Positions 54,551 to 63,732 of a stretch of 64,000 nucleotides of DNA are shown piece by piece; position 1 is the first letter of the stretch; each line of letters opens with the position of its first letter. The DNA lies in IMG/VR virus record IMGVR_UViG_3300045988_170206, positions 32,001 through 96,000 of that record. One strand, 5' to 3'. A program made the position numbers and the translations under genes. Under the pieces are notes generated by a model. That model worked only from the letters and a program-made list of their open reading frames with translations, was not told the DNA's origin and made no database searches. This DNA comes from a virus.

Positions 54551-55651
54551 ATGTCAGTCGAGAGAACCACCATCGAGCACTACGCGCCCAGTAGCGACTT
54601 CGCGCGCGTCCTCCAAGGCCGCTACGTCGTGGAGATCGACGAAGAGTTCGACACCATCACTCTCGACGACGGCACGATCCTCGAGGTCGAAGGCAACGAA
54701 GGATGCGGATGGTGCAGGTCAGGCTGGTACGACTTCATCAACGTCTTCAAGCAGGGCGACAGCCACGCGCGCATCATGAGCGCCCACGTCGCCTGCGACA
54801 TCGACGAGGAGAACGACGATGAGGGAGCAGTTGACCCACACGTCTACACCCTGTTCGTCATGGTGGACGGCAACCCAGGGTTCCTGCCTCTCGCGACGAT
54901 CCGCGGCGACGACGGTGCTGGCGGTTACGGCACCGGGTTTAGGATCTTCGCGAACGTCGTTGTCCCTCCGACTTCGGCGACGCGCCAAGACCTAGCCAAC
55001 GCCATAGCAGGAGGCCTCTACCCGCTCAACGACACAACGGAAGATGTGCTCACCTTCGTCGCAGGCATCCTCTACGACGCGCGTGGAGCTAACGTCCCCG
55101 TCCGCATCTGCGGCGATGAGGCAACCCGCTTTCACGTGGACCTTCTGGATATGCGCGACCAGACCGACAAGGAGATCGGCCTGCCCTACAAGCCGTCATT
55201 CCATCACCTCGAGAATGGCCTCACTCTCCTATGGCACAAAGACACGGACGGTAGCTTCACGTTCGTCCTTCGAGACCTGAGAGCCCACACGGGAGGACTC
55301 AGCGTGTATGCGCGAAACCTCAGCGCCTTCCTCAACGCCATCCACGAGCGCGCACAGCACGCCGAAGTCGTCAGGTTTGTAGCCGCATCAGCATCACGCA
55401 ACAACTACCTCACAGTAGACGGCGAACGCATCCCCTCATGCGGTTTCCTCCTGTCGGAACTCGACGGCACCTACATGTACGCCGAACAGGAACGATCTGA
55501 CCAACTCGACAAGCCAAGCCAATACGTCATGAACCAGAAAACCGGCAGAGAAATGCGCTATACCTCAAACCTGCGCACCATCAAGCCACTCGCCGATAAC
55601 GGAGTGATCCTCGTGGCCACAAGCGATACGAAGGACGTGTGGGCGCTCTAA
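54551..55651 (+). CDS. Hypothetical protein, member 2 of the GNEGCGxC family
   Basis: ITLDDGTILEVEGNEGCGWCRSGWY..ARIMSAHV..YTLFVMVDGNPGFLPLATIRGDDGAGGYGTGF. The N-terminal 225 aa of the 53876 track ORF are an out-of-frame shadow. Confidence 0.8.
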   Translation: MSVERTTIEHYAPSSDFARVLQGRYVVEIDEEFDTITLDDGTILEVEGNEGCGWCRSGWYDFINVFKQGDSHARIMSAHVACDIDEENDDEGAVDPHVYTLFVMVDGNPGFLPLATIRGDDGAGGYGTGFRIFANVVVPPTSATRQDLANAIAGGLYPLNDTTEDVLTFVAGILYDARGANVPVRICGDEATRFHVDLLDMRDQTDKEIGLPYKPSFHHLENGLTLLWHKDTDGSFTFVLRDLRAHTGGLSVYARNLSAFLNAIHERAQHAEVVRFVAASASRNNYLTVDGERIPSCGFLLSELDGTYMYAEQERSDQLDKPSQYVMNQKTGREMRYTSNLRTIKPLADNGVILVATSDTKDVWAL

Positions 55652-55725
55652 GCGGCGTTACGTTGCATCCTGCTCATCAGCGGATGCTCACACCGTGAAC
55701 CGTCCGCGCACGAAAGGAAACCGTC

Positions 55726-56889
55726 ATGGCGCTCATCAACAAGGACACGCGCATCGCGCGATACTCAGCCGAAGAAGGCGTGGGCTGGGTGCCCCTCGTC
55801 CCCGGCCTGGAAACATCCCCGTCGTTCGACAAGTACCTGGAAGAAACCGGCTACTACATCAACGACTACAGCGACCGTGATGAAGACAATCTGCTTCGAG
55901 ACTCACTCTTGGACCCTCTGGGCCCCGTGTGGGACGACATGAACGAAGAGTTCCTGCTCGACCTCTACGAGGGCTGGGGCCACATCCCCATGGTCGGCCC
56001 GGACACTCCCGTCTTCGCGTTCGTCGAAGGCAAAGCCCCCACCTCGGCACCACTGTCGAAGGCCATCAGCTCACCCCTGATCGGCGGAGGCGAAACACTC
56101 GCCCTGAAAGTCCTGCACGAAGTCGCTGACAGGCGGAACATCTACGTCCCCAGCGACGCGACCGTGTACGACGTTCTGAACCTCATCAGCATGGCAACAA
56201 ACAGCCCCCTCTGGGCCCTCAACTGCCTCCTACGCGCCCAAAGCAGCCAGAGCGGCAACCAGCTCACACTCGGCTACCACGAGAACCAACGCGAAAGCAG
56301 CTGGATCGCAGCCACCCACAACAGCGGCTACGCCTGCGCCTTCGACCTACTCGACCAAGACCTACGACGCGACTACGGCGTGAACTACGTGATCGTCCCC
56401 GACGACGACCACAACGACTACTTCTACACCAACGCCCAGTACCGCGACAAGAACATGAAAGTCATGCGATACAAGGAAAACGGCGTAGTCGGAGACGCTA
56501 TCGAACTACTCGACCTCGACGGCGGCAACGCATACCCCAACCTCCATGGATGCCAGCCCAAGACACGAATGCCTGAACTCCTGCGTCTCGACAAGTACCT
56601 CGCGACGATGAAAAACCTGCCCCAAGGTACTCAGGTACCCATCGCGATCTACTCCACCAACAAGGGGGACACAATCACGATCAACGGTACACGCATCCCC
56701 GCATTCAAGATCGTCGCCGAAGACCTCTACGAGCGCTGTGAACTCTACGACCGCACCGACTTCCGAGTCATGCGGCAACCCATCCGCTCATACGGTCGCT
56801 TCCAACTGCGCCCACAGTTCGGCAAGCACATCCTCACTCCAACACCCAGCGGGAACGCCGTCCTCGCCCACATCCAGAAGCAACGGTGA
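55726..56889 (+). CDS. Hypothetical protein (387 aa) sharing the C-terminal TITxNG motif
   Basis: ..IAIYSTNKGDTITINGTRIPAFKIVAEDL. Confidence 0.75.
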   Translation: MALINKDTRIARYSAEEGVGWVPLVPGLETSPSFDKYLEETGYYINDYSDRDEDNLLRDSLLDPLGPVWDDMNEEFLLDLYEGWGHIPMVGPDTPVFAFVEGKAPTSAPLSKAISSPLIGGGETLALKVLHEVADRRNIYVPSDATVYDVLNLISMATNSPLWALNCLLRAQSSQSGNQLTLGYHENQRESSWIAATHNSGYACAFDLLDQDLRRDYGVNYVIVPDDDHNDYFYTNAQYRDKNMKVMRYKENGVVGDAIELLDLDGGNAYPNLHGCQPKTRMPELLRLDKYLATMKNLPQGTQVPIAIYSTNKGDTITINGTRIPAFKIVAEDLYERCELYDRTDFRVMRQPIRSYGRFQLRPQFGKHILTPTPSGNAVLAHIQKQR

Positions 56890-56895
56890 CACCAC

Positions 56896-57825
56896 ATGCG
56901 CATCAACGACAAGTCCCTCTTCCCCTACCGGGGGAAGTACGGTTCGCGCCCACCCCTCAACTTTGGGCGCACCAAAACCCACATGCAAAGCTCCATCGGA
57001 ACCAGCATCCTCCTCACCGACGCATACGACGGCCTCATCGGCCCCGTCTGGATCGCCATTCCCGACCCGGCGTTCAGCGACCCCGAGACGATGCCGGTTC
57101 CCCCCTACAAAATCGCCGTAAACCTACGCGCCCGCGAAGTCATCAACCAGACAGTCACGCCCCAGGTTGAGATCGTGGCCTACGCACGTACACACATGTC
57201 CCCCGCGTCTGCGATGCAGGCCAGCATCGACGCGATTGTTCACTTTCCAGGTGGCGGAGCTGGGCTTGCTGAGGTCACCAAAACACGAGACAATCCCAAC
57301 GGCCCAGGCAAGGTGACACGAACATCGACCCTAAAGCCAGACAGTCACCTCGTCATTGGAGCCAACGAGGTCTGGCCCGTAGACCCGATCCCCGTGCGCA
57401 CATGGTCAGGCCGCAACCCCGTGTACGTCCTCCACGCCGACGACGTGAAGAATATGTCCGACAAGACCCTCGACCTCATCCTCCGACGCACCCCATCCGT
57501 GCTCGCACACAACCGAGGTCGCGAGTACGGTGAAATCTGGGACGAAGAACTCGAACAAGACCCAACCGACTGGGACACCCCGTTCCTCCTACGTATTCTC
57601 GCGCGCAGCATCCCCGGAAACACCAAGGTCGGACGATCAGACACCCAAACCAAAGGCCTGTGGACGTACTGGGTGAGCCGCGACGGGCGCAAGCCCCGTA
57701 AGCTCGCCGACTTCACCAACCCGCTGGTCTACACTGGAGCGACCCTCAGCTTCCTCGCCTGGAGCGTGTACGGAAACCTCGAGGAAGACCTCGCAAGAAA
57801 GACAGAAGACCTGCTCCACCGTTAA
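56896..57825 (+). CDS. Hypothetical protein (309 aa)
   Basis: Long ORF in operon register. Confidence 0.75.
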   Translation: MRINDKSLFPYRGKYGSRPPLNFGRTKTHMQSSIGTSILLTDAYDGLIGPVWIAIPDPAFSDPETMPVPPYKIAVNLRAREVINQTVTPQVEIVAYARTHMSPASAMQASIDAIVHFPGGGAGLAEVTKTRDNPNGPGKVTRTSTLKPDSHLVIGANEVWPVDPIPVRTWSGRNPVYVLHADDVKNMSDKTLDLILRRTPSVLAHNRGREYGEIWDEELEQDPTDWDTPFLLRILARSIPGNTKVGRSDTQTKGLWTYWVSRDGRKPRKLADFTNPLVYTGATLSFLAWSVYGNLEEDLARKTEDLLHR

Positions 57826-57845
57826 CCCCCGAAAGGGAACCCCAC

Positions 57846-59039
57846 ATGCTCACACGCGCCCGACGAGTACTCCTCGCTCTCATCGCCGCGGCCACCGTCA
57901 TGCTGCCGCTCACCCCAGCTCCCGCATACGCTCTCCCAGCCAACCCCAATGTCTCCGATGAGGTCATCGAGGCGAACTGGGCGACCCTATCCGCTGAGCA
58001 GCAGGAAGCAGCCAAGCAGGTTGTTGCAGAAGCCAAGGCCGAAGGCTACTCGGCGGAGGCCGCAGCGGCCATCGCCGGTAACTTCTGGCGCGAGTCCCAC
58101 TTCAACGTGGACGCAGTGAACGCCTCATCGGGCGCGTGTGGCATGTACCAGGCCCTCGGAGATCGACAGACCCTCCTGTTCACCTACAACGGAGTCTCAG
58201 GCTGTTCAGGCCTCAAAGCCAAAGAAACCACCCAAGCGGCGCTCGCGGACGGACGCAGCGAATGGCTCGGCTGGCCCACCACCAGCAGCATCTACGGCGG
58301 CATGGCATCCTACGCGCTCAACGAAGCCGACACCTGGGGCATCACCGGCGGCACCGTCCCCTCCGCCGACGACTCATTCGGGAGCCTCGAAGGCTTCAAG
58401 AGCACCGACAACTGGTACTTCGCGACCTGGATCTGGATGACGAACTGGGAAGCCCCCGGCGCAGCTGAAGCAGGCTTCATGGAGCGCGCCTCCTACGCTG
58501 CAACCGTCCTCAAGAAAGTCGGCAACACCGACCCCACCGCAAAGTCCACCACAAGCGGCGCACAGTCCGGCTCAGGCGGGGGAGTCCTCGACGAGTGGTC
58601 CCTCCCTGGTATGCCCAAGAAACCCGAAATCACTAAAGGCCAGTCCCTCACGTTCGCGGACGGTTCACAGCTCACGGCGAAGCAGCGCGCAAACGCCTCC
58701 GACCTGAAAACGCAGCTCGAAGAAGAACGGGACCGAGAAGCAGCTGAGTCAGCTCGAACATGGGTCGCCGTCGTCGGTGTCGTCCTGTTTGTCTACGCTC
58801 TCGTCATCCTCCTAGCCCTCCTGATCGACCTGTCGTTCCCGCTGTTCTCTGTCCTCAAGGGTGTGACCTTCGGGCGGATCAAGTACTCACCGCTACCAGC
58901 CGACGAGCGCCCGAAAGGCACCTACGGAGTCGCCGGAGTCCTAGCCACCTGTTTCGCCTTCGCAGCCCTCGGTGCCCTCATCTTCACGGGCGTGATCCAA
59001 ACCTGGCTCGCGCACCTCGTCATCGCTCTCACCTCTTGA
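57846..59039 (+). CDS. Secreted lysozyme-like peptidoglycan hydrolase (phage-tail-lysozyme-type domain) with 2 C-terminal TMs
   Basis: Signal peptide. AAAIAGNFWRESHFNVDAVNASSGACGMYQALGDR. C-terminal TMs VAVVGVVLFVYALVILLALLI and VAGVLATCFAFAALGALIF. Confidence 0.6.
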   Translation: MLTRARRVLLALIAAATVMLPLTPAPAYALPANPNVSDEVIEANWATLSAEQQEAAKQVVAEAKAEGYSAEAAAAIAGNFWRESHFNVDAVNASSGACGMYQALGDRQTLLFTYNGVSGCSGLKAKETTQAALADGRSEWLGWPTTSSIYGGMASYALNEADTWGITGGTVPSADDSFGSLEGFKSTDNWYFATWIWMTNWEAPGAAEAGFMERASYAATVLKKVGNTDPTAKSTTSGAQSGSGGGVLDEWSLPGMPKKPEITKGQSLTFADGSQLTAKQRANASDLKTQLEEERDREAAESARTWVAVVGVVLFVYALVILLALLIDLSFPLFSVLKGVTFGRIKYSPLPADERPKGTYGVAGVLATCFAFAALGALIFTGVIQTWLAHLVIALTS

Positions 59040-59052
59040 AAGGAACCCTCCC

Positions 59053-59736
59053 ATGACCCGCCAGTCCGAAACCGACTTCGCAACGAACCTCGTCACCAAG
59101 TACGGGCAGCAATGCGCCGAGCTCTTCGCCCTGTTCCTCCACACCATCCCCCTCGGATGCTCATGGGCGTTCCTGCACCCCCAGCAGGTCGAAGACCTTG
59201 GCCTGCCCTGCAACCCAGAAGGCCCCGTCCCCCTCATCTGGGATCCCCAACACAAAGCGGTCACCACTCGCACCGCCGCCAACGCGAACGCCTCCACCCT
59301 GACGTTCGTCCTCATCCCCGTCGTCGGTGGCTTCATCCTCGAAACCGCCTACAGCGTCGCCGTCAACGTCATCGAACAGTGCGGGGGACTCTACGACGAA
59401 GACATCCTCACGACAGCGGGGGAGAGCCGCACCAAAGCCAAGGAGCTGTTCGCTAAGCGCCTCGAAAAAGCAATCAACGACGGTGGCGAGCTCCGCTTCG
59501 GCTACTACTGCGTCAACGGCTCCCAGACGATCACCATGAACGGTGTCGCCTACCCCGCCTACTCGCTCCCACTACGCGCCATCGCCGAAATCGCAGCACA
59601 ACAGGGCCTCTCCTTCCGCGTCCCCCAACATGCCCCCATCCTGGCCTCCACTGTCGCCGCAAGCCCCTGGGACACCCTCTCCCGATCAGTTGCAGCCCCC
59701 TCTGGCAACGCAATCCTCGGATCCCTCGCCCGCTGA
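59053..59736 (+). CDS. Hypothetical protein (227 aa) carrying the TITMNGVAYP motif
   Basis: ..YYCVNGSQTITMNGVAYPAYSLPL. Shares 9 of 11 aligned residues with GETIIMNGVAY in the C-terminus of the 1526-aa ATPase (TI and MNGVAY identical in both). Confidence 0.75.
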   Translation: MTRQSETDFATNLVTKYGQQCAELFALFLHTIPLGCSWAFLHPQQVEDLGLPCNPEGPVPLIWDPQHKAVTTRTAANANASTLTFVLIPVVGGFILETAYSVAVNVIEQCGGLYDEDILTTAGESRTKAKELFAKRLEKAINDGGELRFGYYCVNGSQTITMNGVAYPAYSLPLRAIAEIAAQQGLSFRVPQHAPILASTVAASPWDTLSRSVAAPSGNAILGSLAR

Positions 59737-59747
59737 AAGACACTGCC

Positions 59748-60374
59748 ATGTTCATCCACATTCCAGAGCGCCCCACCCATGAAGGCATCGCCCCCACCCT
59801 CGAACTCCAGATCCGCGCCCGACTGGACAACGCCCCGACAGAACCCGCCAGTGAAGCTGTCACCATCAGCTCACCCCAATACGAGACCTTCATCGCGCAA
59901 TGCACAGAAGCTCTCCAGCGCGACAAGTCCATCGACCTCGAAGTCTCACCCGCGAGCGCAAACGACACTGAGACCATCACCATCGTCAATGACTCCGGCA
60001 TCACCGTAGAAGACATGCGCGAAACCCTGAACGACCTCATTGGAGACGCGCCCGACATCGGAGTCACGATTAGCGTCAACGACGGCCAGTACACCATCAC
60101 TCTGACCGCCGTCCCCGACCTGCCCGTCCTCGAAGCCCACGTCGAAACACTCACCTGGTCCGCAGATGGACACACCCTCACGCCCACCATCCACACAACA
60201 ACGGGAACCGAGATCCCCACATGGACCCCGGCGATCCTCGCTCAAACCGAAGCGTACCCAGGTGGGACCGTCCGCTACGTCGATACCACCTACGGGCCGA
60301 TCCCCTGCACCCCACAGGGGACAGTCATCATCGACGCAGCCATAGCCACCTCAATACACCACGCCAGCGTGTAA
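59748..60374 (+). CDS. Hypothetical protein (208 aa)
   Basis: Long ORF in operon register. Confidence 0.7.
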   Translation: MFIHIPERPTHEGIAPTLELQIRARLDNAPTEPASEAVTISSPQYETFIAQCTEALQRDKSIDLEVSPASANDTETITIVNDSGITVEDMRETLNDLIGDAPDIGVTISVNDGQYTITLTAVPDLPVLEAHVETLTWSADGHTLTPTIHTTTGTEIPTWTPAILAQTEAYPGGTVRYVDTTYGPIPCTPQGTVIIDAAIATSIHHASV

Positions 60375-60461
60375 CACTCCTTCCGCATCCCTTCCAGTTG
60401 GTACCCTTAAAGAAACTAGGGCAAAAGCCCCGGTTATGGCACCCGCAGGAAGGGAGGCGCT

Positions 60462-60728
60462 GTGCGCCGCTACATCGAACAAACCACACAGCCCGACGGG
60501 ACCGTCACTGAGACCCCCGTTGACGGCATCGTGCTCACCGAGCGCGAGTACCAGGAACAGCGCGACCAGCTGGAAACCCTCATCGTCACCGCCGACACCT
60601 TCCTCCAGCAAGCACAAAGCGCCCTCGACTCCCTCATGGACACCTACAGGGCACAGCGCCCCACCGACAAGGCGTACCTCGCAGCCTTCGGTCTCGAAGA
60701 CGACCCCCAGCCCGAAACCATCCTCTAA
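60462..60728 (+). CDS. Small coiled-coil protein (88 aa)
   Basis: GTG start 5 nt after GGGAGG. Confidence 0.55.
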   Translation: MRRYIEQTTQPDGTVTETPVDGIVLTEREYQEQRDQLETLIVTADTFLQQAQSALDSLMDTYRAQRPTDKAYLAAFGLEDDPQPETIL

Positions 60729-60749
60729 GCTCCCATCGAACGGATCACC

Positions 60750-62564
60750 ATGAACGACTACAACGACATTGAAGACCTCGACGAGACGACGGAAGACACC
60801 ATCGTCCTGAACCTTGATGACGACATTGACGACCTTGACGAAGCCGACCTCGAGACCCCAGACGAGGATGAGGACGACTACGACGAATACGAGGACGACG
60901 AAGATGACGATGATGAAGACGAGGACGACGTAACCTCAGCTCCCGTCACCACCTTCGCGCTCACCCCACTACGAGACGAGGCCGACAAGGCCGACGAGGA
61001 TGCTGCGGACGACAGCGACGAAGCGCCCGAGGATGATACGGACCTCAACGAGGGCGCTGACGACGAAACCAGCACCGACACCGAGGGCACTCCCTTCCGC
61101 ATCGACATCGACACGGACAACCTCGACAGTGCGGCAGTCGAAGCGATCAGTAGCGTCAACGACGTTGTGACCGTCAAGAGCGACGCATACTCTGTCCGCT
61201 ACACGCACATCAGCCCTCACCAGGTCGTCGGCACCAAGCCCGTCAAGGACTACCGCGCCGACACCTACAGCGGACTCTTCAACGTGATCCGCGAAATGGG
61301 GGTTATCGTCCCCGTCGTCGTCACGCCGCTCGCTGAGTACGCCGACTTCCTCGCCGCCAACAACATCACCACAGGCGCAGAAGCCGACGAGCTCGGCTAC
61401 GCGGGCCCACGCTACCGAGTCCTCGACGGGTGGCGACGAATCTTCGCGTCCCTCAAGAACCATCATGACGAGATCCCCGCCGCCGTCGTCACCTTCCACG
61501 ACCCCGAGGTTGGGCGCGACCTATCCAACCTCATGCACCTCGTCCTCAACCGCACCCAGGAGCACACGTGGCCCGAGAAGTGGGCGATGCAGCAAGTGTT
61601 GGAAGAGTCTTACTCTCTCACCCCATCCATGCTCGACTGGCTCCTCCTCATCGAGCCGGGCGACTCCATGCGCCTCAAGGAAGTCATGCTCGCCGAGTAC
61701 CCCGAAGTGACTGAGGGCTTCCTGTCGGGCAAGAAAGACCTCACACGGTCCTACAAGGCCCTCGAAAAGCTCCGCAAGGCAGAAGCGAACCCAACGGCAG
61801 GCGACGACGACCGGAAGATCTCCAGCGTTGACGAAGCCGGCGACCTCGCAGCCGCCGACACGGAAGATGCCCCCCTTACCGACGAGGAAGTCAAGAACCT
61901 CCTCGAAATGGGCGACGAACTCCGCGAAGTCCGCGACCTCCTCAACAAGGAAGCCGACACCGACGACGCAGACATCGACGATGAGAACTACGGCGGCGAC
62001 CCCATCCCCGAAAACGCAGCCGAACAGGTCGGCTTCGAGGGCGGCGACGACGACGAGGACATGTTCGGCGAAGTCGATGAGAACACCGTCCAGGACACGA
62101 AGGACCGAAAGCCCCTCTCCAAGGAGCTACGCACGGCGATCCTCGCGCGCGACGAGTTCACCTGCCAGGCCTGCGGCTACGGCAAGGGCATCACGTCCAT
62201 GGTTCACCTCGGACAGCTCGAAGCCCACCACAAGACCAGCGTCTACGTGGGCGGCTCTGACGCGATGAGCAACTTCGTGACGCTCTGCCAGCGCTGCCAC
62301 GGCCTCGTGCACATCCTCGCTGGCTTCAACGCCAAGATCGGCATGACCAAGGAAGAGTTCGAGAACGTCCCCGACAACGATCAGACGATGTTCCGCGTCT
62401 GCATCAAGCTCGCAAAGGTCATCCTTAAGGCTGAGGAGGAGACCGGCAAGGCGCTCAGGAAGTACAAGCCTGTGCGCAACCCGTTCTGGGAGCAGCAGAA
62501 GCAGGCGCAAGAAGTCGTCAAAACCCTAAAGGGTGAGGAAGCATTGGAGGATACAGCGCAATGA
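60750..62564 (+). CDS. Fusion protein: poly-acidic N-region, ParB/Srx-like nuclease domain, acidic linker, HNH endonuclease
   Basis: N-terminal run EDEDDYDEYEDDEDDDDEDEDD. YRVLDGWRRIFAS (ParB DGxxR core). CQACGY...LEAHHKTSVYVGGSD..NFVTLCQRCHGLVH (HNH). Confidence 0.75.
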   Translation: MNDYNDIEDLDETTEDTIVLNLDDDIDDLDEADLETPDEDEDDYDEYEDDEDDDDEDEDDVTSAPVTTFALTPLRDEADKADEDAADDSDEAPEDDTDLNEGADDETSTDTEGTPFRIDIDTDNLDSAAVEAISSVNDVVTVKSDAYSVRYTHISPHQVVGTKPVKDYRADTYSGLFNVIREMGVIVPVVVTPLAEYADFLAANNITTGAEADELGYAGPRYRVLDGWRRIFASLKNHHDEIPAAVVTFHDPEVGRDLSNLMHLVLNRTQEHTWPEKWAMQQVLEESYSLTPSMLDWLLLIEPGDSMRLKEVMLAEYPEVTEGFLSGKKDLTRSYKALEKLRKAEANPTAGDDDRKISSVDEAGDLAAADTEDAPLTDEEVKNLLEMGDELREVRDLLNKEADTDDADIDDENYGGDPIPENAAEQVGFEGGDDDEDMFGEVDENTVQDTKDRKPLSKELRTAILARDEFTCQACGYGKGITSMVHLGQLEAHHKTSVYVGGSDAMSNFVTLCQRCHGLVHILAGFNAKIGMTKEEFENVPDNDQTMFRVCIKLAKVILKAEEETGKALRKYKPVRNPFWEQQKQAQEVVKTLKGEEALEDTAQ

Positions 62565-63724
62565 CAACATGGGTTTACTTCCAGAGGCCAGGTTTTGCTC
62601 TCTACCAGGAGGACGGTGGCGTGCTCACGTCCACCGCACAGACCGTCAAGCGCGCCCAAGCCCTGCGTGACATGGCGACGCGACGCGCGCCCAACCTGCA
62701 AGCCGCACCCTACAACCCGGCAGGCTACGAGTACTGCGCCTACGATGGGCAACGAGTCGTTAGCCTGTTCTCCCGAGACGGCCTCACCATCACCCCCGGC
62801 ACCGTCGTCAAGACAGACCAGGGCAACAAGACCCTCGCGCAGGTTCTCGCCGACTACGAGATCACCGACCAGGGTATCGACCCCAAGGCCGCGGCGTGGG
62901 ACATCCAAGCCCTCCGTGAGGCCGTTCGATACGCCAATGCCTACATGCTCACCCGCATCGACCCCCAAGACGATGGTCCCTTCAAGCCGGCCGGATTCAC
63001 ACGGCCAATCTACTGGGCTCTCACGCGCCCCGAAACTGACACCGAGTGCATCCTGCGCACGTGTTGCTATACGCAAGGAACCCCCCAGGCCCACAAGCCC
63101 ACCCTCGAGGCCCGCATCGGCAACTCCGGCTACTTCCTCGTCTCCCTCCCCAAGGACTGCATCCCCCTGTTCGACGGAACAGGAGCGACCCCTACGCAGG
63201 AAATGCTACGAGCGCTCGCCCGAGCGGTAGACGACGCAGCCGCCAACCCCTTCTGCCTCGAACGAGACATTAAGGGCGTAGCCTATGCCCTTACCCGCGG
63301 CGGCGAACGTCTTGAGTTCTGCCTCGAAAACGTCGGCTCCTTTACCTACACGGGCGACGACTTCGTAGCACACGAGAGTCATGGCGACCCTGCATACACC
63401 ATGGGCCGCTCCATGCTCGTCAAGGGAGCACTCAAGAACTACGGTGGGGGGTGCTTCGCCGGCGTGTATGAGATCATCGACACTCTCGTTCGACAGAGAG
63501 GCGACCGCTCCGACCGTCCCTTACTGTCCGTTGACAGGTATCGAGCTGCGCGAAACGGCAAGTGGGACGTGTACGCCGATGCGCGCACCCCCTACGTGCC
63601 GTCACGCAGCACGCACCCCGAAACTCGACGCAACGAGCCGTACAGCACCTACGACCGCTACGTCATGCACTACAGGAACCTCATCAAAGCCGACGCAGTA
63701 AACGTGACCCCACGAGCAGACTAG
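62561..63724 (+). CDS. Hypothetical protein (387 aa)
   Basis: ATGA overlap with the ParB-HNH gene. Confidence 0.75.
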   Translation: MTTWVYFQRPGFALYQEDGGVLTSTAQTVKRAQALRDMATRRAPNLQAAPYNPAGYEYCAYDGQRVVSLFSRDGLTITPGTVVKTDQGNKTLAQVLADYEITDQGIDPKAAAWDIQALREAVRYANAYMLTRIDPQDDGPFKPAGFTRPIYWALTRPETDTECILRTCCYTQGTPQAHKPTLEARIGNSGYFLVSLPKDCIPLFDGTGATPTQEMLRALARAVDDAAANPFCLERDIKGVAYALTRGGERLEFCLENVGSFTYTGDDFVAHESHGDPAYTMGRSMLVKGALKNYGGGCFAGVYEIIDTLVRQRGDRSDRPLLSVDRYRAARNGKWDVYADARTPYVPSRSTHPETRRNEPYSTYDRYVMHYRNLIKADAVNVTPRAD

Positions 63725-63732
63725 GCCAGCAT

